From the NCBI GenBank assembly GCA_038133505.1, contig JAYPTI010000006.1, positions 1 to 48,211 on the forward strand: 48,211 nt of DNA, written 5' to 3'. Shown here one piece after another: positions 37,863 to 46,480 of this stretch. Position 1 is the first letter of the stretch, and every line of letters begins with the position of its first letter. The notes under the pieces were generated by a model. The model was not told the DNA's origin. It saw nothing but the letters and a program-made list of their open reading frames with translations, and searched no databases. The stretch comes from Alphaproteobacteria bacterium (GTDB lineage: Bacteria > Pseudomonadota > Alphaproteobacteria > MPNO01 > UBA830). The translations under genes and the position numbers were made by a program.

Positions 37863-38561
37863 ATGAGCGATCTTGGAAATCTGCAGAAACGCGTGGGCAG
37901 CGCGGTCGACCGGCTCATCGAGAGCCAGGAAGCGCGCCAGCGTAATAACCTGTCGTTAGGCCGGATCCTTAACGATCTGGAAATCAAGTTCGAAGCCCGC
38001 AAGATCGAACTCGATCACTGCCACGCGCGCATCGCGCAGCTCGAGGAGTCGAACCGTTCGCTGACCGATCTGGTCGGCCGAATGGTCGAAATCGTCGAGA
38101 AGACGGCGGACGAATTTTCCGAGGATCCCGTTTTCCGCACCACGGCCGTCGCCGGAGAGATCATCGATCGTTTCGTGCCGAAGATCGTCGCCGACAACTC
38201 GCCCGTTGCCGAGGAGACGCCGAAGGAGATCCCCGCAATGGGGGAGCATGAAGCCTTCTCCGGCGCGCACGGCACCTTTCAGAACGTCGGGGAAGACCTC
38301 CTGATCGCAGAGCTGATCGACGAAAAGACGACGGGATCGAACGATTACCCGCAGCTGGTATTCGATGCCGCCGCGCTCGCGCGCGAGGGCGATGCGCCGG
38401 CCCCTGCCGAGCCGAAAGCGCAGGAGCCGGAAGATCTCGGCATCAAGGAAATCATGGCCCGTCTGGAAATCGCGGCCGAGCGTGCGCAGCTCGGTTCTGC
38501 CGCGACGGGGGAGGACGACGAAACGGTCGAGAAAGATCGGGCAGTCGGGGGACGCGCCTGA
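37863..38561 (+). CDS. hypothetical coiled-coil/acidic protein
   Basis: GGGAG SD; 232 aa; N-terminal heptad repeats followed by an acidic Pro/Ala-rich region. Confidence 0.78.
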   Translation: MSDLGNLQKRVGSAVDRLIESQEARQRNNLSLGRILNDLEIKFEARKIELDHCHARIAQLEESNRSLTDLVGRMVEIVEKTADEFSEDPVFRTTAVAGEIIDRFVPKIVADNSPVAEETPKEIPAMGEHEAFSGAHGTFQNVGEDLLIAELIDEKTTGSNDYPQLVFDAAALAREGDAPAPAEPKAQEPEDLGIKEIMARLEIAAERAQLGSAATGEDDETVEKDRAVGGRA

Positions 38562-38601
38562 TCGGCTTAGTAGCGTCCGCGTAGCACCCCTGTAGCGTAT
38601 C

Positions 38602-38626
38602 GGGGCGAAACTCCCGGGTTCGCCCC
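38602..38626. terminator. hairpin between convergent genes
   Basis: GGGGCGAA/TTCGCCCC 8-bp stem. Confidence 0.45.
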
Positions 38627-38634
38627 AAGTTTAT

Positions 38635-39747
38635 TCAAAAGATATCCGACCGTTCGTACTGCACCGGCCAGGCAAAGTTTTCCGCGCGCAGTTTCGATGC
38701 CGCGTGCACCGGCCAGTAGGGATCGGCCAGCAGGGTCCGGCCGAGCACGACGAGATCGGCCCGCCCGTTCGCGACCACTTCCTCGCAAAAATCCGGGCTG
38801 TGCAGGAGCCCGACGGCGGATGTCGCTATTTCCGCGTCGCGGCGGATGCGCTCGGCAAACGGGACCTGGTATCCCGGATGGATCGGGATCTGCTGGCGCG
38901 GGTCGTTGCCGCCCGAAGAGCAGTCGATCAGGTCTACCTTGCCCGACGCCTTCAGCATCCGGGCGACCGCCACGGTGTCGTCGACGGTCAGTCCGCCCTC
39001 GACCCAGTCCGTGCACGACAGCCGCACGAAGAGCGGCAGGTCGTCTGGCCATTCGCTGCGGATCGCGTCGATCGTCTCCATCAGCATTCGGGCCCGGTTC
39101 TCCAGCGTGCCGCCGTAGGCGTCGGTGCGGACGTTGCTCAGCGGCGACAGGTAGCTGTGCGCGAGATATCCGTGCGCGGCGTGGAGCTCGATCAGCCTGA
39201 AACCGGCCTCGCGGCCGCGCCGTGCCGCGTCCGCGAACTGCTGCAGGACGCGGGCGATGGCATCGCCGTTCATCTCCTCGGGCGTCTGGAAGTCGGCATA
39301 GGGCAGGGCGGACGGTCCGATCACCTGCCAGCCGTCCGGCTCGTCGGCCATGATCGGGCCGGCGCCGTCCCACGGCCGCCGCGTCGACGACTTTCGCCCG
39401 GCGTGCCCGATCTGAAGCGCCGGCACGGCGCCCCTGTCCGCGACGAAGGTGACGATCCGCTTGAACGCGTCGCGCTGGTCGTCGTTCCAGATGCCGAGGC
39501 AGTTCGGCGTGATCCGTCCTTCGGGCGCGACATGGGTCGCCTCGGTGAAGACGATGCCCGCGCCGCCGACGGCGCGGCTTGCGAGATGCACGTAATGCCA
39601 TTCCTCCGGCATCCCGTCGGTTGCCGAGTACTGGCACATCGGCGACAGCATTATCCGGTTGGACGCTTTGACGGACCGGAACTCGATCGGCCGGAAGAGG
39701 TGCGGGTTGCGGTCGCGCTGGAGGATGCGTCGTTTGTTCTCGCTCAT
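38635..39747 (-). CDS. NADH:flavin oxidoreductase, old yellow enzyme (YqjM/NamA type)
   Basis: SPMCQYS, ELHAAHGYL, SPLSNVRTDAYGG, PGYQVPFAE. Confidence 0.93.
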   Translation of the reverse strand: MSENKRRILQRDRNPHLFRPIEFRSVKASNRIMLSPMCQYSATDGMPEEWHYVHLASRAVGGAGIVFTEATHVAPEGRITPNCLGIWNDDQRDAFKRIVTFVADRGAVPALQIGHAGRKSSTRRPWDGAGPIMADEPDGWQVIGPSALPYADFQTPEEMNGDAIARVLQQFADAARRGREAGFRLIELHAAHGYLAHSYLSPLSNVRTDAYGGTLENRARMLMETIDAIRSEWPDDLPLFVRLSCTDWVEGGLTVDDTVAVARMLKASGKVDLIDCSSGGNDPRQQIPIHPGYQVPFAERIRRDAEIATSAVGLLHSPDFCEEVVANGRADLVVLGRTLLADPYWPVHAASKLRAENFAWPVQYERSDIF

Positions 39748-39752
39748 TGCGC

Positions 39753-40085
39753 TCAGAATACCTTTTCGGAAACGAAGGCCTGGTGGGTCACGTCGCCGTC
39801 GAACCGCGGAAAATTGCCGAAGTCGTCGCGCGCCTCGGCCCGGGCAGGCGATGCGAGCGCTGCGTTCAGCGACGGCAGGTCGTTGAAGCGCATCTCGGCG
39901 ATCAGGAGGTTTCCTCCCGGATTGACGGGAAACGGATCGGCGAAGTCGGCGCCGCGATAGAGGACGAGCGAGCGGATACCGGGAAAACGCTGGAGGATCG
40001 GCGCGTGGCTCGACCGGTAATGGGCGAGAAACGCCTCCGGGTCGGGCGCGGCGCCGTGATAGCGGACGATATAGGAGGCGGTCAT
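39753..40085 (-). CDS. EthD family protein
   Basis: [25 protein letters not shown]; dimeric alpha/beta barrel pattern. Confidence 0.8.
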   Translation of the reverse strand: MTASYIVRYHGAAPDPEAFLAHYRSSHAPILQRFPGIRSLVLYRGADFADPFPVNPGGNLLIAEMRFNDLPSLNAALASPARAEARDDFGNFPRFDGDVTHQAFVSEKVF

Positions 40086-40996
40086 GCGGCGGTTCCTTTT
40101 TCTGCAGTGATGTTTTCCAGCTCTTCGAGCGTGCGCGGCCAGTCCGACTTCAGCAGTCTGGAGAGAGAGCGGTCGGCCAGCAGTTTGCCGCCCGTCTGGC
40201 AGGCGGCGCAGTAGTTCGTCTCGTTGTCGGCATAGCGGATGCGCTGGATCGGTGCGCCGCAGTCGGGGCAGGGCTCCTTGTGGCGTCCGTGTACGGCCAT
40301 GCCCTTGCGGAAGGCCGTGACCTTTTCAGGGAAGCCGCCGCCGGCGTCAACGCGCAGACGTTCGGTCCAGTCGGCGAGGGTTTCCCGGGTCGCAAGGAAC
40401 AAGCGCCCGGTCTCTTCGTCCGTCATCTTTTGCGTCTGCACGATGGGCGACATCCGGGCCCGGTGCAGTATTTCGTCCGAATAGGCGTTGCCGATGCCGG
40501 AGAAGATGCGCGGGTCGGTCAGCGCCCGCTTGATGGTGTGGTTACGCGCCGCGAGTGCTTCGCGGAACGTCTCCGCGCTGCAGGCCATTATGTCGATGCC
40601 GCCCGGATCGAGCGCCGCAAGTCCGCTCTCGCCGGATACGACATGAAGCGCTGCGCGTTTCTTGCTGCCCGCTTCCGTCAGCGTCAGAGAGCCGTCTGCG
40701 AAGTCGAACGCCGCGAGATCCGTCTTGGCCCCGATCTTCGCGCGGGGCTCCTTCCAGTGAAGCCGGCCCGCGATCATCAGATGGATGACGAGCCAGACGT
40801 CGTTGTCGAAACCGATCGCGATCCGCTTTCCGATCCGGCGGAGGCTGGAGACGCGATGTCCGATCGCCTCCGACGGGCGCGGGCTGACCGTGCGCATCAG
40901 GAACGGGCTTAGGATGCGGGCGTTCTCCAGCGTCGCGTCGGCGATCCTGGCGTCGAGCGCTTCGATGTAGACGGTGACGTCGGGCAATTCGGGCAT
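40082..40996 (-). CDS. Fpg/Nei family DNA glycosylase
   Basis: MPELPDV N-terminus, RIGKR, HLMIAG, H2TH motif [11 protein letters not shown], Zn finger CPDC..CAAC. Confidence 0.92.
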   Translation of the reverse strand: MPELPDVTVYIEALDARIADATLENARILSPFLMRTVSPRPSEAIGHRVSSLRRIGKRIAIGFDNDVWLVIHLMIAGRLHWKEPRAKIGAKTDLAAFDFADGSLTLTEAGSKKRAALHVVSGESGLAALDPGGIDIMACSAETFREALAARNHTIKRALTDPRIFSGIGNAYSDEILHRARMSPIVQTQKMTDEETGRLFLATRETLADWTERLRVDAGGGFPEKVTAFRKGMAVHGRHKEPCPDCGAPIQRIRYADNETNYCAACQTGGKLLADRSLSRLLKSDWPRTLEELENITAEKGTAA

Positions 40997-41122
40997 GGCG
41001 CCAAGCGTGTTTGATTGTCCGCGCGCTGGCAAGGCTTTCCTGTGTCGGAGAGCGTTCCAATTCGCGCGTCCACCCTCTACGCTGCCCGGGAAAAAGCGAA
41101 CGAACCGGGGAGACTTCCGACC

Positions 41123-41833
41123 ATGATTTTCGAACGTCGCGCCTACACCGCGGAACCCGGCAAGGTGCCGGATTTCTATGCCGCCAACGTCGAGCGGGGA
41201 TTCGATCTGGTCGACCCGATGATGCAGCGCCTCGTCGGCTATTTCACGACGCGGACCGGGCCGGTCGACCAGGTCGTGCATTTCTACCGCTACGACGATC
41301 TCGATGACTGGAATAGCAAGCTGCGCGGCATGTACGGCGTGCCCGAACTGACGCCGTACTTCACCAAGGCGCGAAAGATTCTCTACAAACAGGAGAACGC
41401 GTTCTTCGATCTCTTGCCCGTCGAGGCGCTCAACCCGATGTGGGCGGGCGAAAACGACTGGCTCCCGCGGGATGGCGGCAAGCTTGCGCCGCTCGACGAC
41501 GACATCGTGATCGAGGAGCGGTCGTTCCAGCTGCGTCCCGGCGGCATTCCGGCTTTCGTCGAGGCCTGCAATGTGCACGGCGCGGCAGCCCTCGCACCGC
41601 TTGCCGACCGCTTGATCGGCAGTTTCGTCGCCGCCACCGGCCCGCAGCACCTGATCCGCTTCTGGTGGTGGTTCGGCTCGGAAGAAGAGCGCGTCGCCAG
41701 CCTGTCTCCGGTGTTCGGATCGCGGAGCTGGTCGGCCTTCATCGATGCCATCGCGCCGCTGGTTCAGGAGCAGACGTCGCTCCTGCTGCAGCCGAGCCCG
41801 GTACCGGAGATGTCGCCGCTGTTCGGTTCGTAG
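41123..41833 (+). CDS. tandem NIPSNAP domain protein
   Basis: Two repeats (IFERRAY..PGK and VIEERSF..PGG), each with an LVG/LIG.F...TGP segment. Confidence 0.82.
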   Translation: MIFERRAYTAEPGKVPDFYAANVERGFDLVDPMMQRLVGYFTTRTGPVDQVVHFYRYDDLDDWNSKLRGMYGVPELTPYFTKARKILYKQENAFFDLLPVEALNPMWAGENDWLPRDGGKLAPLDDDIVIEERSFQLRPGGIPAFVEACNVHGAAALAPLADRLIGSFVAATGPQHLIRFWWWFGSEEERVASLSPVFGSRSWSAFIDAIAPLVQEQTSLLLQPSPVPEMSPLFGS

Positions 41834-41840
41834 GTCGGCG

Positions 41841-42467
41841 TCAGCCGTCGGATTTACGGCGCCGGATAGTTCCCAGCCCGATCAGGCCGAGACCGAATAT
41901 CAGGGCCGTCGCCGGCGCGGGAACGGCCGCGGAGGCTGCGACGACGATATTGTCGATCGAACGGTTCTCGTCTGCCGACGATGTGCCGTCGGACTGAAAC
42001 AGCAACGAGACGAGGGAGGTAAATCCCGCCGCGTTGAAGGTCTGGAAACCGGATATCCCGTCGACCAGGAAGGTCGTCGTGATCTGGGTGGTGTCGGCGC
42101 GCGTTCCGGTAATCCGGAAATTGTTGGTGCCGGGGAATGACGCTAGGCTGAAGGGCTCGCCGACGTCGAACTAGAACAGGTCGAATTCGCCGCCGCCGAT
42201 CCTTGTCATCAGGATGCCGTGGTCGTCGAAACCGACGCTTGGAAATACGCTGGTATCTCCGGTCGTCGCTCCTGCGAGGAAGGTGGTCGGACGCACGGAA
42301 CCGAACGACGTGGCGCTGAATTCGTATCCGCTTTCCACGTAAGGCTGAGCATCGCTCGCCAGGGCTTCGAAATTGATCGTGACGGCGGACGCCGCCGAAG
42401 ACATGCCGATCAAGAAAGCCGGCGTACCGGCGGCGCGCAGCAAAGTGCCGAATAGCCCGAATTTCAT
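41841..42467 (-). pseudogene. PEP-CTERM-like (VPAPA) exported protein interrupted by an in-frame TAG at 42171-42173
   Basis: Signal peptide ..SSAASA/VTINFE. The same frame continues past the TAG for 109 codons to [27 protein letters not shown]-stop. Confidence 0.82.
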
Positions 42468-42622
42468 TTTTTGCTTTTCACAGGTGAGTGTGGACGGACC
42501 GGAATTTATGCTGAAAAAAGATCGGACATCAACTCGATAGAGGCCGTTTCGCCGGCGCTCGGTTCCGAGGCCAACAAAGTCGGACCGCTTGGATTTGTTG
42601 ACACGAGGCCGCGGCGCCCGCA

Positions 42623-42646
42623 TAATTGTATGTGTACAAACAATTA
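42623..42646. promoter_or_regulatory. palindromic operator upstream of the Rieske oxygenase
   Basis: TAATTGTATGT-GT-ACAAACAATTA, arms match at 10/11 positions. Confidence 0.6.
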
Positions 42647-42672
42647 AGCGTCCATAGCCTGGGAGACGCGTC

Positions 42673-43710
42673 ATGAGTTTCGTTCGAAATGCCTGGTACG
42701 TCGCCTGCTGGGCGCATGACCTGACGGACCGGCCGGTACCGCAGACCGTGCTCGGCGAGAACATCGTTCTGTGGCGCGGCGCGGACGGAAAGGCGCGCGC
42801 GGCGGAGGATCTCTGCCCGCATCGGTTCCTGCCGCTGTCGCTGGGCCGGGTGAAGGGCGACGACCTGCAGTGCGGCTATCACGGGCTGGTCTTCGACGGC
42901 GAGGGCGGATGCGTCGGCGCGCCGACGCAGACGATGCCGCCGGCCGAGTGCCGCATCCGCAGCTACCCGGTGCACGAGAACATGGGGATGATCTGGATCT
43001 GGACCGGCGATCCGGCGCTCGCCGATCCCGCCGATGTCTATGACCTGCCCGAATATCACATGCCCGGCTGGGGCGTCGCATTCGGCGACGCGCTCGACGT
43101 CGAGGCGAACTACCTGCTGCTGTGCGACAATCTCTGCGACCCGACGCATGTGAACTACGTGCACCCGTCGACGCTCGGCAACCCGGACGAGATCAACGCG
43201 CCCGTGTCATTCGAGGACACGTCCTGGGGTGTCCTGACCGAGCGACTGACCCCCGACTCGAAGCCGACCGGTTTCGTTAGCGCGTTCGGCAGACATGAGG
43301 GCCGCGTCGACATGTGGCAGCGCTACCTGATGTACACGCCGTCGGTCTCAATCATCGACTTCGGTGCGGTCGCCGCCGGGACCGGCACGCACGAGGAAGG
43401 CGGCGAGGGGCGTATCCAGGTGTTCTCGTGCCACTTCATGACGCCCATCACCCAGACGCGCACCATCGACCGCTGGCTGCACGTCCGCAACTTCCAGCCG
43501 GACGACCCGTTCGCCGGCGAGAGGATCAGCGAACAGTTCCGCATCGCCTTCGCCGAGGACAAGGAAATCCTCCAGGCGGTTCAGGCCGAGGAGGACCGCC
43601 ACGCCGGCCGCCGCAAGGTCGGCCTCGACCTCGACGCGTCGGCCGGGCTTTTCCGGCACAAGGTGAACCGGCTCCTTCGCACCGAGGCGCAGGCGCAGGC
43701 GGCGGAGTAG
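42673..43710 (+). CDS. Rieske non-heme iron oxygenase alpha subunit (VanA-like demethylase family)
   Basis: RNAWYV, CPH..CGYH Rieske ligands, NLCDPTHVNYVH, FAED. Confidence 0.93.
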   Translation: MSFVRNAWYVACWAHDLTDRPVPQTVLGENIVLWRGADGKARAAEDLCPHRFLPLSLGRVKGDDLQCGYHGLVFDGEGGCVGAPTQTMPPAECRIRSYPVHENMGMIWIWTGDPALADPADVYDLPEYHMPGWGVAFGDALDVEANYLLLCDNLCDPTHVNYVHPSTLGNPDEINAPVSFEDTSWGVLTERLTPDSKPTGFVSAFGRHEGRVDMWQRYLMYTPSVSIIDFGAVAAGTGTHEEGGEGRIQVFSCHFMTPITQTRTIDRWLHVRNFQPDDPFAGERISEQFRIAFAEDKEILQAVQAEEDRHAGRRKVGLDLDASAGLFRHKVNRLLRTEAQAQAAE

Positions 43711-43731
43711 GCGCTAACCTACCGCGCAGGT

Positions 43732-43806
43732 TGTCATCCTTGGGCTTGAGCCGAGGATCCATTTTAGTCGCGTATATGGACCCTCGGCTCAAGGCCGAGG
43801 GTGACA
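43732..43806. repeat. alphaproteobacterial REP/RIME-like palindromic element
   Basis: TGTCATCCTTGGGCTTGAGCCGAGGATCCAT ... ATGGACCCTCGGCTCAAGGCCGAGGGTGACA: two inverted, internally palindromic units. Confidence 0.75.
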
Positions 43807-43837
43807 TTGAAGCTATAGTCCCGGCAGGCCTGTCTGC

Positions 43838-43877
43838 TTGACTCGCGCATATATATAGATAATCTAGTTATCTATAT
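43838..43877 (+). promoter_or_regulatory. sigma70-like promoter overlapped by a perfect palindromic operator
   Basis: TTGACT (43838) N16 TAATCT (43860); ATATAGATAA-tctag-TTATCTATAT at 43853-43877. Confidence 0.7.
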
Positions 43878-43899
43878 TGCGGCAAACGAGAGGCTCGCC

Positions 43900-45315
43900 A
43901 TGGATGCCGACGGAACGTTCCCATCGCCTTCAACCGGCCATAACCGGCCGCTCGACCGCGATCTTCGCGGCTATCTCGAAACCAATTCCGATATCCTGAC
44001 GGTGATCCAAAAGCCGGTGTCGATCGACGACATCGGGGCGCTGTCGGCGCAGTCGGAAGGTCCGATCCTGTTCGAGAACATCGTCGAGCATCCCGGTTTC
44101 CGGATCTGCGACATCCTCGTGAAGCACCGCTGGTCGCAGTGCCGCGCGCTCGGCGTGCCGCAGGAGGAATACCTGCCGACGCTTGCGCATCGGCTGCGCA
44201 AGCCGCCGCGCGGCCTGGTCGACGTGGCGACCGGACCCGTGAAGGAAGTGAAGTTCATCGGCGACGACGTCGACTGGACCAAGCTACCGGCCCCGATCCA
44301 TTCGGCGGAGGAGGGCAATCCCTACATCTCGGCGATGAACATCGTGAAGGATCCGGAAACCGGCTTCTACAATTCGTCGCACGCCGGCACGACGCCGACC
44401 GGCCCGCGCGAGGGCGTCGTCAGTTTCGCGACGCCGCACACTCACATCATCATGAACAAGTACCGCGAGCGCGGCATCATGGAGATGCCGATCGCCATCG
44501 TGTTCGGCGTCCACCCCGCCTACGAGATCATGGCCAACTTCTCCGGCATGCACATGGACATGTGGGGCGAGATGGAGATGGTCGGCACGATCATGGACCA
44601 GGACATCGAGATGGTGCCCTGCGAGACCGTCGACCTGACGGTGCCCGCTCACGCCGAGATCGTCGTCGAAGGCCTGATCGACCTGTCGCGGACGCACCAT
44701 GTCGGCGGCGTCAACGCGCCGACGGGCTACTTCCTGCCGAAGGAGCAGGACATCCCGTCGATCAAGGTCACCGCGATCACGATGCGCAAGGACAAGCCGA
44801 TCTACCGGAACCACCAGACGGTGCCCGACACGGATCACCAGCCGCTGCCGCGCTTGTGCCACGAGGCGATCCTCTACAACCGGATCAGCGAGATCGGCCT
44901 GAAGGTGCACGACGTCCGCTTCCCGCCGTGGGGCGCGGCGGTGAGCTGCATCATCCAGGTCGAATACCCGCGGCCGGGCTTCGTCAACGATGCGCTGATG
45001 CAGACGATGGGCTCGCCCTGGCTCAACACCAAGATGGTCGTGGCGGTCAGCCCCGATACCGACATCGACGATCCCGGCGCCGTCTATCGCGCGATGGCGA
45101 CGCGCGTCGATCCGGCGCGCGACATCTTCGTCGTCCCGGGCACGCGCGGCTCGCTCTACGAGCCGTCCGGCGAGCCGATCCCCGGCAACGCGCCGTGGCG
45201 CACTGTCGGCAAGATCGGCATCGACGCCACCGCCAAGCCGCATCGCGGCGAAACCGATTTTCAGGAGGCCTTCCCCCTCAACTGGGGCAAGGCGAAGCTG
45301 GAGGATTATCTCTGA
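43900..45315 (+). CDS. UbiD family protein, highly divergent active site
   Basis: DLRGYL, PILFENI, LPAPIHS.EEG.PYI, KDPETG.YN, AEIVVEG, ATRVDP, KIGIDAT. Lacks the Arg and the EGPFGE motif. Confidence 0.88.
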   Translation: MDADGTFPSPSTGHNRPLDRDLRGYLETNSDILTVIQKPVSIDDIGALSAQSEGPILFENIVEHPGFRICDILVKHRWSQCRALGVPQEEYLPTLAHRLRKPPRGLVDVATGPVKEVKFIGDDVDWTKLPAPIHSAEEGNPYISAMNIVKDPETGFYNSSHAGTTPTGPREGVVSFATPHTHIIMNKYRERGIMEMPIAIVFGVHPAYEIMANFSGMHMDMWGEMEMVGTIMDQDIEMVPCETVDLTVPAHAEIVVEGLIDLSRTHHVGGVNAPTGYFLPKEQDIPSIKVTAITMRKDKPIYRNHQTVPDTDHQPLPRLCHEAILYNRISEIGLKVHDVRFPPWGAAVSCIIQVEYPRPGFVNDALMQTMGSPWLNTKMVVAVSPDTDIDDPGAVYRAMATRVDPARDIFVVPGTRGSLYEPSGEPIPGNAPWRTVGKIGIDATAKPHRGETDFQEAFPLNWGKAKLEDYL

Positions 45316-45914
45316 TGGCCGAGGAAAAGCCGTTCATTCCCTATGCCGACCGCGATGCGCTGCCCGACGGGCTGAAGGCGCCGCTCGAAGCCTACGAGCA
45401 GCGCATGGGTTTCATGCCGAACGCGCTCAAGCTCTACATGCACCGGCCGGAGCTGCTGGCGTGCCTCGTCCAGCTCAACAACACGGCGATGCGCGACCCG
45501 TCGAGCCATCTCGACGCCGGGCTCAAGCGGCGGATCTCGGCGATCTGCAGCTACCTGAATAAGAGCGCCTATTGCGTCGCGCACAACACCAACACGCTGA
45601 TGACCGACGCGGGCGGAGACGGGGAGGGCTGGGACTTTTCCGACGAGGACGTCATGAAACTGCTCGATCCGGCCTACAGCGCGGATGCCCCGGCGGAGAA
45701 GGCGGCGATCGACTATGCGCGTGCCGCGACTGTCGATCATTCGAACGTGCCGCGGTCGGTGCTCGACCGGCTCTCGGAGACGATGACGCCGCCGCAGGTG
45801 GTCGAACTCGCCTGTGTCGTCGGGTTCTGGAAGATGTACAACTCGATCCACGAGGCGCTGCACGTACCCATCGAGGAGGCGCTGCAGGGCAACGTGGCCT
45901 TTCTCGACGCATGA
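45315..45914 (+). CDS. AhpD/carboxymuconolactone decarboxylase family protein
   Basis: MGFMPN, HRPELL, CSYLNKSAYCVAH, QVVEL..VVGF; TGATG coupling to the UbiD stop. Confidence 0.82.
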   Translation: MAEEKPFIPYADRDALPDGLKAPLEAYEQRMGFMPNALKLYMHRPELLACLVQLNNTAMRDPSSHLDAGLKRRISAICSYLNKSAYCVAHNTNTLMTDAGGDGEGWDFSDEDVMKLLDPAYSADAPAEKAAIDYARAATVDHSNVPRSVLDRLSETMTPPQVVELACVVGFWKMYNSIHEALHVPIEEALQGNVAFLDA

Positions 45915-46450
45915 GCGGCGGCAGACCGCCCCCCACCGTCTCGCGCCCGGCGCTTCTGGACGACGGAAAGACGGACCGCGCCTTTCGCCGCATGGTCTAC
46001 GACCTGATGACGGTCGGCGCCCGCATGCAGGAGGTGCGCGACCGGCTCGCTGCGGAGATGGGGGTGAGCGGGCCGCAATACGCCATCCTGATGGCGATCG
46101 CGCACCTGCAGGACGAGGACGGCGGCGCGGGCGTTCGCGCCGTTGCGCGGCGGCTGCATGTCAGCGGGCCCTTCGTCACGGCCCAGGTCAACCGCCTGGT
46201 CGACGCTGGGCTGGTCGAAAAGGCCCCGAACCCTGACGACGGCCGCGGTGTCCTGCTTGCGATAGGTGCGGCCGGCCGTGCCGTCATCGACCGAACGGCG
46301 CCGTCGATCCGGGCGGCGAACGACACGTTCTTCGGGAATCTCGATGCCCGCGATTTCGACAACCTGTGCCGTCTTGCCGCCGATCTCGTCGAGAGTTCGG
46401 AAGAGGCGCTCGAAACGTTCGACGACGGAGAGGCGCAAGCGGCGCAATAA
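45911..46450 (+). CDS. MarR family transcriptional regulator
   Basis: GVSGPQYAIL, helix-turn-helix, LVDAGLV..PDDGRGVLL wing. Confidence 0.9.
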   Translation: MSGGRPPPTVSRPALLDDGKTDRAFRRMVYDLMTVGARMQEVRDRLAAEMGVSGPQYAILMAIAHLQDEDGGAGVRAVARRLHVSGPFVTAQVNRLVDAGLVEKAPNPDDGRGVLLAIGAAGRAVIDRTAPSIRAANDTFFGNLDARDFDNLCRLAADLVESSEEALETFDDGEAQAAQ

Positions 46451-46480
46451 GCCTCCGCCGGTAGACTCGCGCGCCGTTCG

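Noticed and set aside
42171-42173. Amber recoding or pyrrolysine
   Set aside because: TAG is a normal stop for der, the NIPSNAP gene and the Rieske gene in this window, and no pyl genes are seen.
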